Part shown: positions 33,830 to 41,614 of the stretch, in pieces
Position numbering within the stretch: position 1 is the stretch's first letter
Layout of the letters: every line of letters begins with the position of its first letter
Assembly: GCA_044463945.1 (NCBI GenBank)
Contig: JBIQLW010000019.1
Coordinates: 8,990 to 72,989, forward strand
Length of the DNA stretch: 64,000 nt
Direction of reading: 5' to 3'
Source: Bradyrhizobiaceae bacterium
GTDB lineage: Bacteria; Pseudomonadota; Alphaproteobacteria; Rhizobiales; Xanthobacteraceae
The notes under the pieces: model-generated
Seen by the model: the letters and a program-made list of their open reading frames with translations, nothing else
What the model was told of the DNA's origin: nothing
Databases searched by the model: none
Position numbers and translations under genes: made by a program

Positions 33830-35047
33830 CTAGGCGACCCGCTTCCGGGAAACGTCGGCCTCGGGCGTGAGCCAGCGCCCGATCCTGCGCCATGCGCTTG
33901 CCAGCGTCGCCGCGCCCATGAACAGGCTCAGGTGCCGGCAGGGCTCGACGATGGTGACGATATCGGCCGGCGGCGTGCCGATCAGCCGCCGCGTGGCAAG
34001 CACCTGTTCCGGCGCCACCACCTCGTCGTCGCGTCCGGCCAGGAGGCAGGTCGGCATCGTCACGCGGCGCAGGTCGATCTCGCGGCCGAGCGCCGTGAAG
34101 CGGTTTCGCGCGATGCGATTCTCCTTGTACAGCGCATGCACCACCTGAAGGTAGAACGTCCCCGGCAGATCGACCGCCGCCACGTTCCAGCGCCGGAACT
34201 GGCGCTCCAGCTCAATGCGGCGCTGCTGGTCGGTCGCGGGCGGAATCTGGAGCACCTGTTCGATGTCGGCGGCGGTCGGCAGCACGCTCCACGCCTTCAA
34301 CAGGTGGCGGCCGCTGACCAGGCCGTCGCCGGCGCGGACCATGTGCTCGAACCACGCCAGCGGCGTGCCGGCGACGAACCGGCTCAGCCCCGACGACGCC
34401 GCGGCGATGTCCACCGGCGCGCCGGCGATCGCCAGCCGATTCACCTTCTCGGGAAAGCGGGCGGCGTAGACCAGCGCCAGCCAGCCGCCCTGGCACAGGC
34501 CGACGAGGTTGACCGGGGCCTTGAGATCGTCCACCGCGACGTTGAGGTCGGCGAGATAGGTGTCGATCGAGAAGTGGCGCATCTCGGCGGTCGCCGACCG
34601 CCAGTCGGTGGCGAACAGGCGAGGCAGGCCGGCGTCGAGCAGGGTTTCGATCACGCTGTGGCGGGCCGCGAAATCGGCGACGGTCGCGCGATGCAGCGCG
34701 AACGGCGCGCACACCAGCGTCGCCGGCTCCGCGTTGTCGAAAGACGTGCTGTCGCCGGACGCGGCGTCGCGGGAGAAGTCGCGGAGCAGCATCGACGGCA
34801 GCGCGAGCCGCACCGTACTGGGCGTTGCCCAGTCCGGCGGCGGGCCGTCATCGTCCTTGCCGCTCAGCGCCGTGGTCATGGCGTCGAACACGGCGGCGGT
34901 CGCTTGCCCGACGGAGGCGGCGGCGGCGAACGGCCACAACAGCGAGGCGAAAGGCGCGGACAGCTCTGGCCGCGCCGCCGCATGGCGCGTGTCGCCTCCG
35001 GCCCCGGCGTTGCGATCGCGGTCTTGCGAATGCTGGCGGTCCGACAT
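33830..35047 (-). CDS. Alpha/beta-hydrolase-fold PHA synthase-like protein (class III/IV-type PhaC box GLCQGG)
   Basis: VNLVGLCQGGWLALVYAARFPEKV (G-x-C-x-G-G), later LLAGRDDEVV and CRHLSLFMG (candidate Asp/His). Start MSDRQHS at 35047; the longer track ORF was rejected. Confidence 0.65.
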   Translation of the reverse strand: MSDRQHSQDRDRNAGAGGDTRHAAARPELSAPFASLLWPFAAAASVGQATAAVFDAMTTALSGKDDDGPPPDWATPSTVRLALPSMLLRDFSRDAASGDSTSFDNAEPATLVCAPFALHRATVADFAARHSVIETLLDAGLPRLFATDWRSATAEMRHFSIDTYLADLNVAVDDLKAPVNLVGLCQGGWLALVYAARFPEKVNRLAIAGAPVDIAAASSGLSRFVAGTPLAWFEHMVRAGDGLVSGRHLLKAWSVLPTAADIEQVLQIPPATDQQRRIELERQFRRWNVAAVDLPGTFYLQVVHALYKENRIARNRFTALGREIDLRRVTMPTCLLAGRDDEVVAPEQVLATRRLIGTPPADIVTIVEPCRHLSLFMGAATLASAWRRIGRWLTPEADVSRKRVA

Positions 35048-35112
35048 CGAGAGCCTCCGTCGCGCGAGGGGAAGGCAGGTGGCCGGGGCGGTCCCGGCCC
35101 GGAAGACGATCG

Positions 35113-35484
35113 TTATCCTTGATCCCGATTGGGCCAGCTCTGTTGCCACAACCGCGCGTTGGCCTTCAGCAGGTCTTCGCTGTCCTTGAACAGGCGGCGG
35201 GTCGAGTCGTTGACGATCTGAAGCTGGCGATTGGCGAATTCCTGATAGAGCGCGGTGGCGTCGGGGCCGGATCGCGCCGCGGCGAGGCGGCCGAAGAATT
35301 CGGAGATCAGCGCGGCTTCCGATTGCGCCTGATCGAGCCACACCTGGCTGATCCGCGCCGCCGCCTCCCAGTATTGCCGCTGCGTTTCCGCAAGCGTGTC
35401 CAGTTGTTTCTTGGTGATCTCGGAGAGCTGGTTCTGGAGATGCTGCGGGTCGGGAAAATTGCCGAACGGTGAAGCCTGGGACAT
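35113..35484 (-). CDS. Phasin-like small helical protein
   Basis: MSQASPFGNFPDPQHLQNQLSEITKKQLDTLAETQRQYWEAAARISQVWLDQAQ...; all-helical, sandwiched between two PHA synthase genes. Confidence 0.5.
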   Translation of the reverse strand: MSQASPFGNFPDPQHLQNQLSEITKKQLDTLAETQRQYWEAAARISQVWLDQAQSEAALISEFFGRLAAARSGPDATALYQEFANRQLQIVNDSTRRLFKDSEDLLKANARLWQQSWPNRDQG

Positions 35485-35564
35485 ATGCGCCTTCCTTCTG
35501 CGGAATCGTGAAGATTCGGAATCGGTCAAGTCCGGGCCGGCGTGGACGGTTTCGTCGCCACACA

Positions 35565-37487
35565 TTAACCCTGAAGCACGTAGAATCCCGGCGCGTCATA
35601 AGGCCGCCGGCCGTCTTTCGGCGAGTTGTCGATCGCCCGCGCCGCGACGCGCGCGCCGGAGCGCGCATCGAGCCAGGCGATCCATTCCGGCCACCACGAG
35701 CCGTCCTTGCGCGCGGCGGTTGCGAGAAACTGGTCGGGATCGCTGTAGCGCTCGCCGGCGCGGCGGGTCGCGATCTGGAAGCTGCGCCCCTTGTGCCCCG
35801 GTTCGGACACGATGCCGGCATTGTGGCCGCCGGTGGTGAGCGCGAAGGTGATCTCGCAGTCGGTCAGCAAGTGGATCTTGTAGGTCGAGCGCCACGGCGC
35901 AACATGGTCGGTCACGGTGCCGACCGCGAAGATCGGCAGATCGATGTCGGTAAGCGCCACCGGCTTGTTGTCCCCGGTGCGGAAGCGGCCCTCCGCGAGA
36001 TCGTCGCCGAGGAACAGTTGCCGCAAGTATTCCGAGTGCATCCGGTAGGGCATCCGGGTGGCGTCGGCGTTCCATGCCATCAGGTCGGTCATCGGCTGGC
36101 GTTCGCCCATCAGGTATTCCTTGACAATGCGCGACCACACCAGATCGTTCGAGCGCAGCATCTGGAACGCGCCGGCCATCTGGCGGCTGTCGAGAAAGCC
36201 CTGCTCCCACATCATGTCTTCAAGGAAGGCGAGCTGGCTTTCGTTGATGAACAACGTCAATTCGCCCGCCTCGGTGAAGTCGGTCTGCGCCGCGAACAGC
36301 GTCATCGAGCGCAGCCGGTCGTCGCCGTCGCGCGCCATCGCGGCGGCGGCGATCGACAATAGCGTGCCGCCGAGGCAATAGCCGACCGCGTGGACCTTCT
36401 GATCGGGAACCGCGGCGGCGACGGCGTCGAGCGCCGCCATGACGCCGCGCTCGCGATAGTCGTCCATGCCGAGGTCGCGATCGCCGGAATCGGGGTTCTT
36501 CCAGGAGATCATGAACACGGTGTAGCCGTGATCGACGAGGTACTTCACCAGCGAGTTGTGCGGCGACAGATCGAGGATGTAGTACTTCATGATCCAGGCC
36601 GGCACGATCAGCACTGGCTCGGGCCGCACCGTGCCGGTCGCGGGTTCGTACTGGATCAGTTCGATCAGCCGGTTGCGGTAGATGACCTTGCCCGGCGTCA
36701 CCGCGACGTCCCTGCCGACCACGAACTCGTCGCTGTCGGCGGCGGGGGCGCCGCTCACCGTCCGCTCCCAGTCCTCCACAAGGTTGCGGAGGCCATCGGC
36801 GAAGTTCATCCCGCCGGATTGCAGCGTCCGTTGCAGGATTTCGGGATTGGTCAGGGGGAAATTCGACGGCGACATCATGTCGAGGATCTGGCGCGCCGCG
36901 AACTCGACCATGTTCTCGTGCTGGCGCGAGACGCCGCGGATCCCGGTGGTGGCGTTGTGCCACCATTGCTGCTGAAGCAGGAACGACTGCGAGATGAAGT
37001 TGTAGGGCCAGCGCTGCCAGGCGGGGTCGGCGAAGCGCTTGTCTTGCGGCAGCGGCTCGATGCAGCAGGCGGGCGACGGCCCCGGCGTCGCGCAGTGCGC
37101 GGCGTAACTGGTGAAGCGCACGGCCTTGCGGAACGCCTTGTCGATGAGCTGAAGCTGCTTGCCGGGTGAAAAGGCGAGGTGGATGGCCCAGTCGAAATAC
37201 GCTTGCGTCAGCGCCGCCGGCGACAGCCCCAGCGTGACGCGGGCGATGGCGGCGTGGAACGAGCGGTCCATGACCTCGGACATCGCGGTCACCGCGTAGG
37301 ATTCCGGCGTGCGGGTTTTGCGCGGCGCTCCGGGCTTGCGGTCGTCGGCCTGCGGCGCGCGGTAATTTGCCAGCGACAGCACCGGCGCGGGCAGGGCGGG
37401 CGCGGCGGTCGCGCGGCTGTCGGAGCCGTTGCCGTTGGTCAGGCCGGGCGCTTGCGGGATCGGGTCGCGCTGGGTCATCGGCGGCAT
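35565..37487 (-). CDS. phaC: Class I poly(3-hydroxyalkanoate) synthase
   Basis: YILDLSPHNSLVKYLVDHGYTVFMISWKNP, active-site box AVGYCLGGTL, 640 aa. Confidence 0.93.
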   Translation of the reverse strand: MPPMTQRDPIPQAPGLTNGNGSDSRATAAPALPAPVLSLANYRAPQADDRKPGAPRKTRTPESYAVTAMSEVMDRSFHAAIARVTLGLSPAALTQAYFDWAIHLAFSPGKQLQLIDKAFRKAVRFTSYAAHCATPGPSPACCIEPLPQDKRFADPAWQRWPYNFISQSFLLQQQWWHNATTGIRGVSRQHENMVEFAARQILDMMSPSNFPLTNPEILQRTLQSGGMNFADGLRNLVEDWERTVSGAPAADSDEFVVGRDVAVTPGKVIYRNRLIELIQYEPATGTVRPEPVLIVPAWIMKYYILDLSPHNSLVKYLVDHGYTVFMISWKNPDSGDRDLGMDDYRERGVMAALDAVAAAVPDQKVHAVGYCLGGTLLSIAAAAMARDGDDRLRSMTLFAAQTDFTEAGELTLFINESQLAFLEDMMWEQGFLDSRQMAGAFQMLRSNDLVWSRIVKEYLMGERQPMTDLMAWNADATRMPYRMHSEYLRQLFLGDDLAEGRFRTGDNKPVALTDIDLPIFAVGTVTDHVAPWRSTYKIHLLTDCEITFALTTGGHNAGIVSEPGHKGRSFQIATRRAGERYSDPDQFLATAARKDGSWWPEWIAWLDARSGARVAARAIDNSPKDGRRPYDAPGFYVLQG

Positions 37488-37561
37488 CCTTCTCTTGCCG
37501 TCAGCAGGAAATACCTGCGCGGGCCGCTTGCATCAGAATAGCCGCCGCGGCCGACGCCGGT

Positions 37562-37575
37562 TTGATAAGGGTCAA
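37562..37575. promoter_or_regulatory. Perfect FixK/Fnr-type box upstream of phaC
   Basis: TTGAT-AAGG-GTCAA, centred 81 bp upstream of the phaC ATG (37487). Confidence 0.6.
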
Positions 37576-37680
37576 TCAATCCGGCGATCGTCGCGCCGGA
37601 TTTTTCAAGTGTACCGCGTTCGCGCCCGCTTCAGGCTGCCGCGATGACGCGATCACGGCAATGTCATCGCACGCGCGCCG

Positions 37681-38367
37681 TTACGCATTCATGACGCGCA
37701 GGCGCTGGCGGTTGCGCAGCATGATCTGGCGCGCGCCGGAGAGATCGAGAATTTTCTCGTCGCGCAATTCCGAGAGCGTGCGCGACACGGTTTCCAGCGT
37801 CAGCCCGAGATAGTCGCCGATGTCGCGACGGCACATCGGCAGCGCCACCATGCCGGCGGCCGACAGGCGGTTGTCCATTTCCAGCAGGAACGCGGCGACG
37901 CGCTCCCGCGCGGTCTTGCGCCCGAGCAGCAGCATGTGGTTCTCGGCGTGGCGGAGATCGTCGGCGGTGATGGTCCAGAGCTGCCGGGTGAGGCCGACGT
38001 CGGTCGCGGCCGCCTGTTCCAGGTTCTGCCGCTTCACCAGGCGGACGGTGGTCCTGACGATCGCCTCGGCGGTCAGGCGGTGGTTCGATCCGGACTCCAG
38101 CCCGAACACGTCGCCCGGCAGGTGGAACGCGCCGATCTGGCGGCGGCCGTCGGACAACAGCTTGTAGGTGCGCACCGCGCCGCGCAGCACCTGATAGACG
38201 TAGCGGGAGGGCTCGTCCTCGCCGTAGATTTCCGCGTCGCGCTGATAGGTGTATTCGGTGGCCGCGAGGCAGGCGCGGCTCACCACCGGGGCGAACTTGT
38301 CGTCGATGTCGGGCAGAAATACGGCCGGGCGGGAGGCGTTGTGAACGGCGATCGCGGGCGAAAGCAT
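37681..38367 (-). CDS. fixK: Crp/Fnr-family regulator FixK (FixK2-like, no Fnr Cys cluster)
   Basis: YVYQVLRGAVRTYKLLSDGRRQIGAFHLPGDVFGLE, HTH MCRRDIGDYLGLTLETVSRTLSEL. ATG 38367 preceded by a GAGGAG RBS. Confidence 0.9.
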   Translation of the reverse strand: MLSPAIAVHNASRPAVFLPDIDDKFAPVVSRACLAATEYTYQRDAEIYGEDEPSRYVYQVLRGAVRTYKLLSDGRRQIGAFHLPGDVFGLESGSNHRLTAEAIVRTTVRLVKRQNLEQAAATDVGLTRQLWTITADDLRHAENHMLLLGRKTARERVAAFLLEMDNRLSAAGMVALPMCRRDIGDYLGLTLETVSRTLSELRDEKILDLSGARQIMLRNRQRLRVMNA

Positions 38368-38435
38368 GGACCATCTCCTCATCGGGGTGGTCCTTGGTAC
38401 GCGATACCGGCGTCGTTCAATATTGCGGCCGATAT

Positions 38436-38455
38436 CTTAAGGGCGGCGCCCTAGG
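38436..38455. promoter_or_regulatory. Imperfect palindrome in the fixK promoter (candidate FixJ~P site)
   Basis: CTTAAGGGCG|CGCCCTAGG, 69-88 bp upstream of the fixK ATG. It resembles my imprecise memory of the Bradyrhizobium fixK2 FixJ box. Confidence 0.3.
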
Positions 38456-38499
38456 GGATTGACCGGAGTTGACGGGCCCGAACGTCTTCCGGATGGGCG

Positions 38500-38886
38500 C
38501 TAGCGGCCGGCCAGTTGCCGCACGCAGGCGACCAGGCTGTCCTCAAGATGCGGCTTCAGCAGGATATGGTCGATCCCGGCGGCGGCCGCCCGCGCTTCGA
38601 GGGAGCGGTCGGGATATCCGGTGATCAGGATCACCGGCGCGGTCATGTTGCGCTGGCGCAGCCGCGCCGCCACTTCGAGCCCGTTGATCCGCGGCATCTT
38701 GTAGTCGACCACGAGGCAATCGACCTCAACCGGGTCGATCGTCTCCAACAGCGCCGCGGCGTCGCCGAAGGTGCGGACGGTGAAGCCGTGCGTCTCCAGC
38801 AGGAACCGCAACGACTGGAGGACATCCGCATCGTCGTCGAGAACGCAGATCCGATAGTCCCTGAGCCCGGCGTCTTCATCTGGCAT
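38500..38886 (-). CDS. Stand-alone CheY-like receiver domain protein upstream of fixK
   Basis: ICVLDDDADVLQSL...LVVDYKMPRINGLEV...ILITGY; no output domain; ATG 38886. Confidence 0.85.
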   Translation of the reverse strand: MPDEDAGLRDYRICVLDDDADVLQSLRFLLETHGFTVRTFGDAAALLETIDPVEVDCLVVDYKMPRINGLEVAARLRQRNMTAPVILITGYPDRSLEARAAAAGIDHILLKPHLEDSLVACVRQLAGR

Positions 38887-38938
38887 CGCGCGTCCCGTTT
38901 GGCGGCGGCTGACCATAGGAGCGCGGCGGCCGGATGCC

Positions 38939-38952
38939 TTGATGTACGTCAA
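38939..38952. promoter_or_regulatory. Perfect FixK/Fnr-type box in the divergent receiver/usp intergenic region
   Basis: TTGAT-GTAC-GTCAA, centred 68 bp upstream of the usp ATG (39014) and 59 bp upstream of the receiver ATG (38886). Confidence 0.65.
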
Positions 38953-39013
38953 CATGCGGCGGACAATGCCGTGACACATACGGTCCGAAGCCCGAACTGC
39001 GGAGAGTTAGATC

Positions 39014-39847
39014 ATGATCAAGGATATCGTCCTGCATCTCGAACACGATCCGGCGCGCGACGCGGTGCGCGACTATGCGATATCGTTTGCCGAACGTTTC
39101 GAGGCCCACCTCGCCGGCGTCGCCTTCGGTTACTATCCCGGCGTTCCCACCTTTGCGTTTCCCGGCTTCCCCGCCGATGTGATGAGCGAGATTCTCGCCG
39201 AGGGCGATGCGGCGGCCCGCGCTGCCGTCGAGCGCTTCGAGGCGGCGGCGCGGCGCAGCGGCATCTCGGTGGAGTCCCGCGTGGTGCTGCACGACGAGCA
39301 GGTGTCCCCGACCATGTTCGCGTCGCTGGGGCGGCGCTTCGACCTCAGCGTCATCATGCAGTCCGATCCCGACGGCGACGGCCGCAACGAGCCGGTGATC
39401 GAGGCGGCGCTGTTCTCGTCCGGCCATCCGGTGGTGATCGTGCCGTACATCCACAAGGGCGCGGCGAAGCTCGACCGTATCACCTGCTGCTGGGACGGCG
39501 GCGCGACCGCCGCGCGCGCCATCAGCGACGCGTTGCCGATCCTGAGGCAGGCGCGCGTCGCCGAACTGTTCATCATCGAGAACGAGAAGACCCGCGGCGA
39601 CCAGGAAATCACCGGCGCCGACCTCGCCCAGCACCTCGCGCGCCACGGGGTCAACATCGAGATCGAAACCCGGCCGGCGGCGGACATCGATGCCGCCAAC
39701 GCCATTCTCTCCCACGTCGCCGACCGTTCCTCGGACATGATCGTGATGGGCGGATACGGCCATTCGCGCTTCCGCCAGTTCGTGCTGGGCGGCACCACGC
39801 GCGATATTCTGGCGATGATGACGGTGCCGGTGTTCATGTCGCATTGA
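39014..39847 (+). CDS. Tandem universal stress protein (UspA family)
   Basis: Two Usp domains; C-terminal GGYGHSRFRQFVLGGTTRDIL ATP-binding-type motif. Confidence 0.9.
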   Translation: MIKDIVLHLEHDPARDAVRDYAISFAERFEAHLAGVAFGYYPGVPTFAFPGFPADVMSEILAEGDAAARAAVERFEAAARRSGISVESRVVLHDEQVSPTMFASLGRRFDLSVIMQSDPDGDGRNEPVIEAALFSSGHPVVIVPYIHKGAAKLDRITCCWDGGATAARAISDALPILRQARVAELFIIENEKTRGDQEITGADLAQHLARHGVNIEIETRPAADIDAANAILSHVADRSSDMIVMGGYGHSRFRQFVLGGTTRDILAMMTVPVFMSH

Positions 39848-39854
39848 CGCCCGA

Positions 39855-39868
39855 TTGAGGGGCATCAT
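39855..39868. promoter_or_regulatory. Near-consensus FixK-type box upstream of the alcohol dehydrogenase gene
   Basis: TTGAG-GGGC-ATCAT (last base mismatch), centred 43 bp upstream of ATG 39905. Confidence 0.35.
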
Positions 39869-39904
39869 TCGCGCAGTCACGCAAGGATAAGGTCCGGGCT
39901 GACG

Positions 39905-40891
39905 ATGCGGGCAATGGTTCTCGAAGGGCCGGGTCAGGCGCTGGTGTTGCGGGAACGGCCCGATCCCGTTCCCGGACCCGGCATGGTGCGGATCAGGATC
40001 AGCGCCTGCGGCGTGTGCCGGACCGATCTTCACGTCGTCGACGGCGAACTGCCCGATCTGCGCTACCCGATCGTTCCGGGCCACGAGATCGTCGGCCGGG
40101 TCGACCGGCTGGGCGAGGGGGTGAGCACGCCGCGCATCGGCGAGCGCGTCGGCATACCGTGGCTCGGCTCGACCTGCGGGGTCTGCCCCTATTGCCGCGA
40201 CGGGCGGGAAAACCTTTGCGATGCGCCGCAATTCACCGGCTACACCCGCGACGGCGGCTTCGCCACGCATGTGATCGCCGACCCGCGGTTCTGCTTTCCG
40301 CTCGGCGAGGCCGGCGACGACGTGGCGCTGGCGCCGCTGTTGTGCGCGGGCCTGATCGGCTGGCGCTCGCTGGTGATGGCGGGCGAGGGCCGCCACATCG
40401 GCATTTACGGCTTCGGCGCGGCCGGCCACATCATCGCGCAGGTGGCGGCGTGGCAGGGGCGCTCGGTCTATGCGTTCACTCGCGCCGGCGACGACGAGGC
40501 GCAGAAGCTCGCGCGCTCGCTCGGTGTGGCGTGGGCGGGGCCGTCGGAAGCGCCGCCGCCGGTGCCGCTCGATGCGGCGATCCTCTATGCGCCGGTCGGC
40601 GCGCTGGTGCCGCTGGCGTTGCGGGCGGTGCGCAAGGGCGGCCGGGTGGTGTGCGCCGGCATTCACATGTCCGACATCCCCTCGTTCCCCTATTCCATTC
40701 TGTGGGAGGAGCGGCAACTGGTTTCGGTGGCGAACCTGACGCGACGCGACGGCACCGACTTTCTCGGCGTCGCATCGCAGATCGGGCTTCGGCCGCACAC
40801 CACGCCTTACCGTTTGTCGGAAGCCAACGCCGCGCTGGCCGATCTGCGCAGCGGCCGCCTGATCGGCGCGGCCGTGCTCCGGCCCGATTGA
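39905..40891 (+). CDS. Zinc-dependent alcohol dehydrogenase (MDR family)
   Basis: CGVCRTDLHVVDGE, GHEIVGRV, structural-zinc CGVCPYCRDGRENLC, GFGAAGH Rossmann motif. Confidence 0.92.
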   Translation: MRAMVLEGPGQALVLRERPDPVPGPGMVRIRISACGVCRTDLHVVDGELPDLRYPIVPGHEIVGRVDRLGEGVSTPRIGERVGIPWLGSTCGVCPYCRDGRENLCDAPQFTGYTRDGGFATHVIADPRFCFPLGEAGDDVALAPLLCAGLIGWRSLVMAGEGRHIGIYGFGAAGHIIAQVAAWQGRSVYAFTRAGDDEAQKLARSLGVAWAGPSEAPPPVPLDAAILYAPVGALVPLALRAVRKGGRVVCAGIHMSDIPSFPYSILWEERQLVSVANLTRRDGTDFLGVASQIGLRPHTTPYRLSEANAALADLRSGRLIGAAVLRPD

Positions 40892-40915
40892 GGCGGAGGC
40901 GCGAACGCGGTTCGG

Positions 40916-40929
40916 TTGACCTGAATCAA
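40916..40929. promoter_or_regulatory. Perfect FixK/Fnr-type box far upstream of the cytochrome c gene
   Basis: TTGAC-CTGA-ATCAA, 25 bp after the adh stop and about 347 bp before the cytochrome c ATG; REP C copy 3 lies between. Confidence 0.5.
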
Positions 40930-41050
40930 AAAGGCCGGCGGCGCGGATGATAGAAATAAACCGATCTCGAATTGAGAGCGATGCAAGGGCATCGCCACCT
41001 CAGGGTCTGAACGGGAAATCGCTTTGTGCATGGATGTACAGCACGAAGAT

Positions 41051-41153
41051 CGTCGTCCCCGCGAAGGCGGGGGCCCAGTACGCCATGGCGGGCCGGATTT
41101 TCTTCACAGGCATCCCGGACTACTGGATGCTCCGCCTTCGCGGAGGATGACGG
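41051..41153. repeat. REP family C copy 3
   Basis: CGTCGTCCCCGCGAAGGCGGGGGCCCAGTACGCC...CTGGATGCTCCGCCTTCGCGGAGGATGACGG. Confidence 0.65.
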
Positions 41154-41269
41154 GTTTCATGTGGCACGTCCGTCCAAAAACGAATCTCCAGTCAGACACT
41201 CAGGATGACGCCGGCGCGCAAGCCTCAACTCCTGTTCTGGAACGGCGCCGAAGACGCCATAGGAAAATC

Positions 41270-41593
41270 ATGGTCCTCGCCCGCTTCGCATCATCCGCCG
41301 TTCTCGCTGCCATTCTTCTTGCCGCCGCCGCGCCGGCGGACGCCGCCAGCGTCCGGCAGGGGCAACAACTGGCGCGGCTTTATTGCGCTTCGTGCCACGC
41401 CATCGACAAGGTCAGTCCGAGCCCGCTCGCGATCGCGCCGCCGTTCCGCGAGTTGCACAACCGCTATCCGGTCGAGACGCTCGAGGAGGCGCTCGCGGAA
41501 GGAATCATGACCGGGCATCCGACCATGCCGCAGTTCCGGTTCGAGCCGGATCAGATCGCCGATTTCCTTGCCTTCCTGCACTCGCTGGAATGA
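41270..41593 (+). CDS. Small periplasmic class I c-type cytochrome
   Basis: Signal peptide MVLARFASSAVLAAILLAAAAPADA, heme motif CASCH, distal Met region HPTMPQF. Confidence 0.85.
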   Translation: MVLARFASSAVLAAILLAAAAPADAASVRQGQQLARLYCASCHAIDKVSPSPLAIAPPFRELHNRYPVETLEEALAEGIMTGHPTMPQFRFEPDQIADFLAFLHSLE

Positions 41594-41614
41594 CGGACAG
41601 ATGGCGCCCGCCGG

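Noticed and set aside
35048-35821. Upstream 258 codons of the 663-aa minus-strand ORF 33830-35821
   Set aside because: This part overlaps the phasin-like gene and the 3' end of phaC in another frame and is Arg/Pro/Ala-rich. The PhaC-like domain starts after ATG 35047.
40947-41150. Small ORFs translating REP elements (also 5284-5601, 15885-16238, 58188-58595, 59613-59996)
   Set aside because: Their peptides (VVPAKAGAQY..., MDCRVRPGNDA..., HARAPMTGSSAFADDDAS...) come from palindromic repeat copies found in both orientations at several loci. These are repeat artefacts, not genes.
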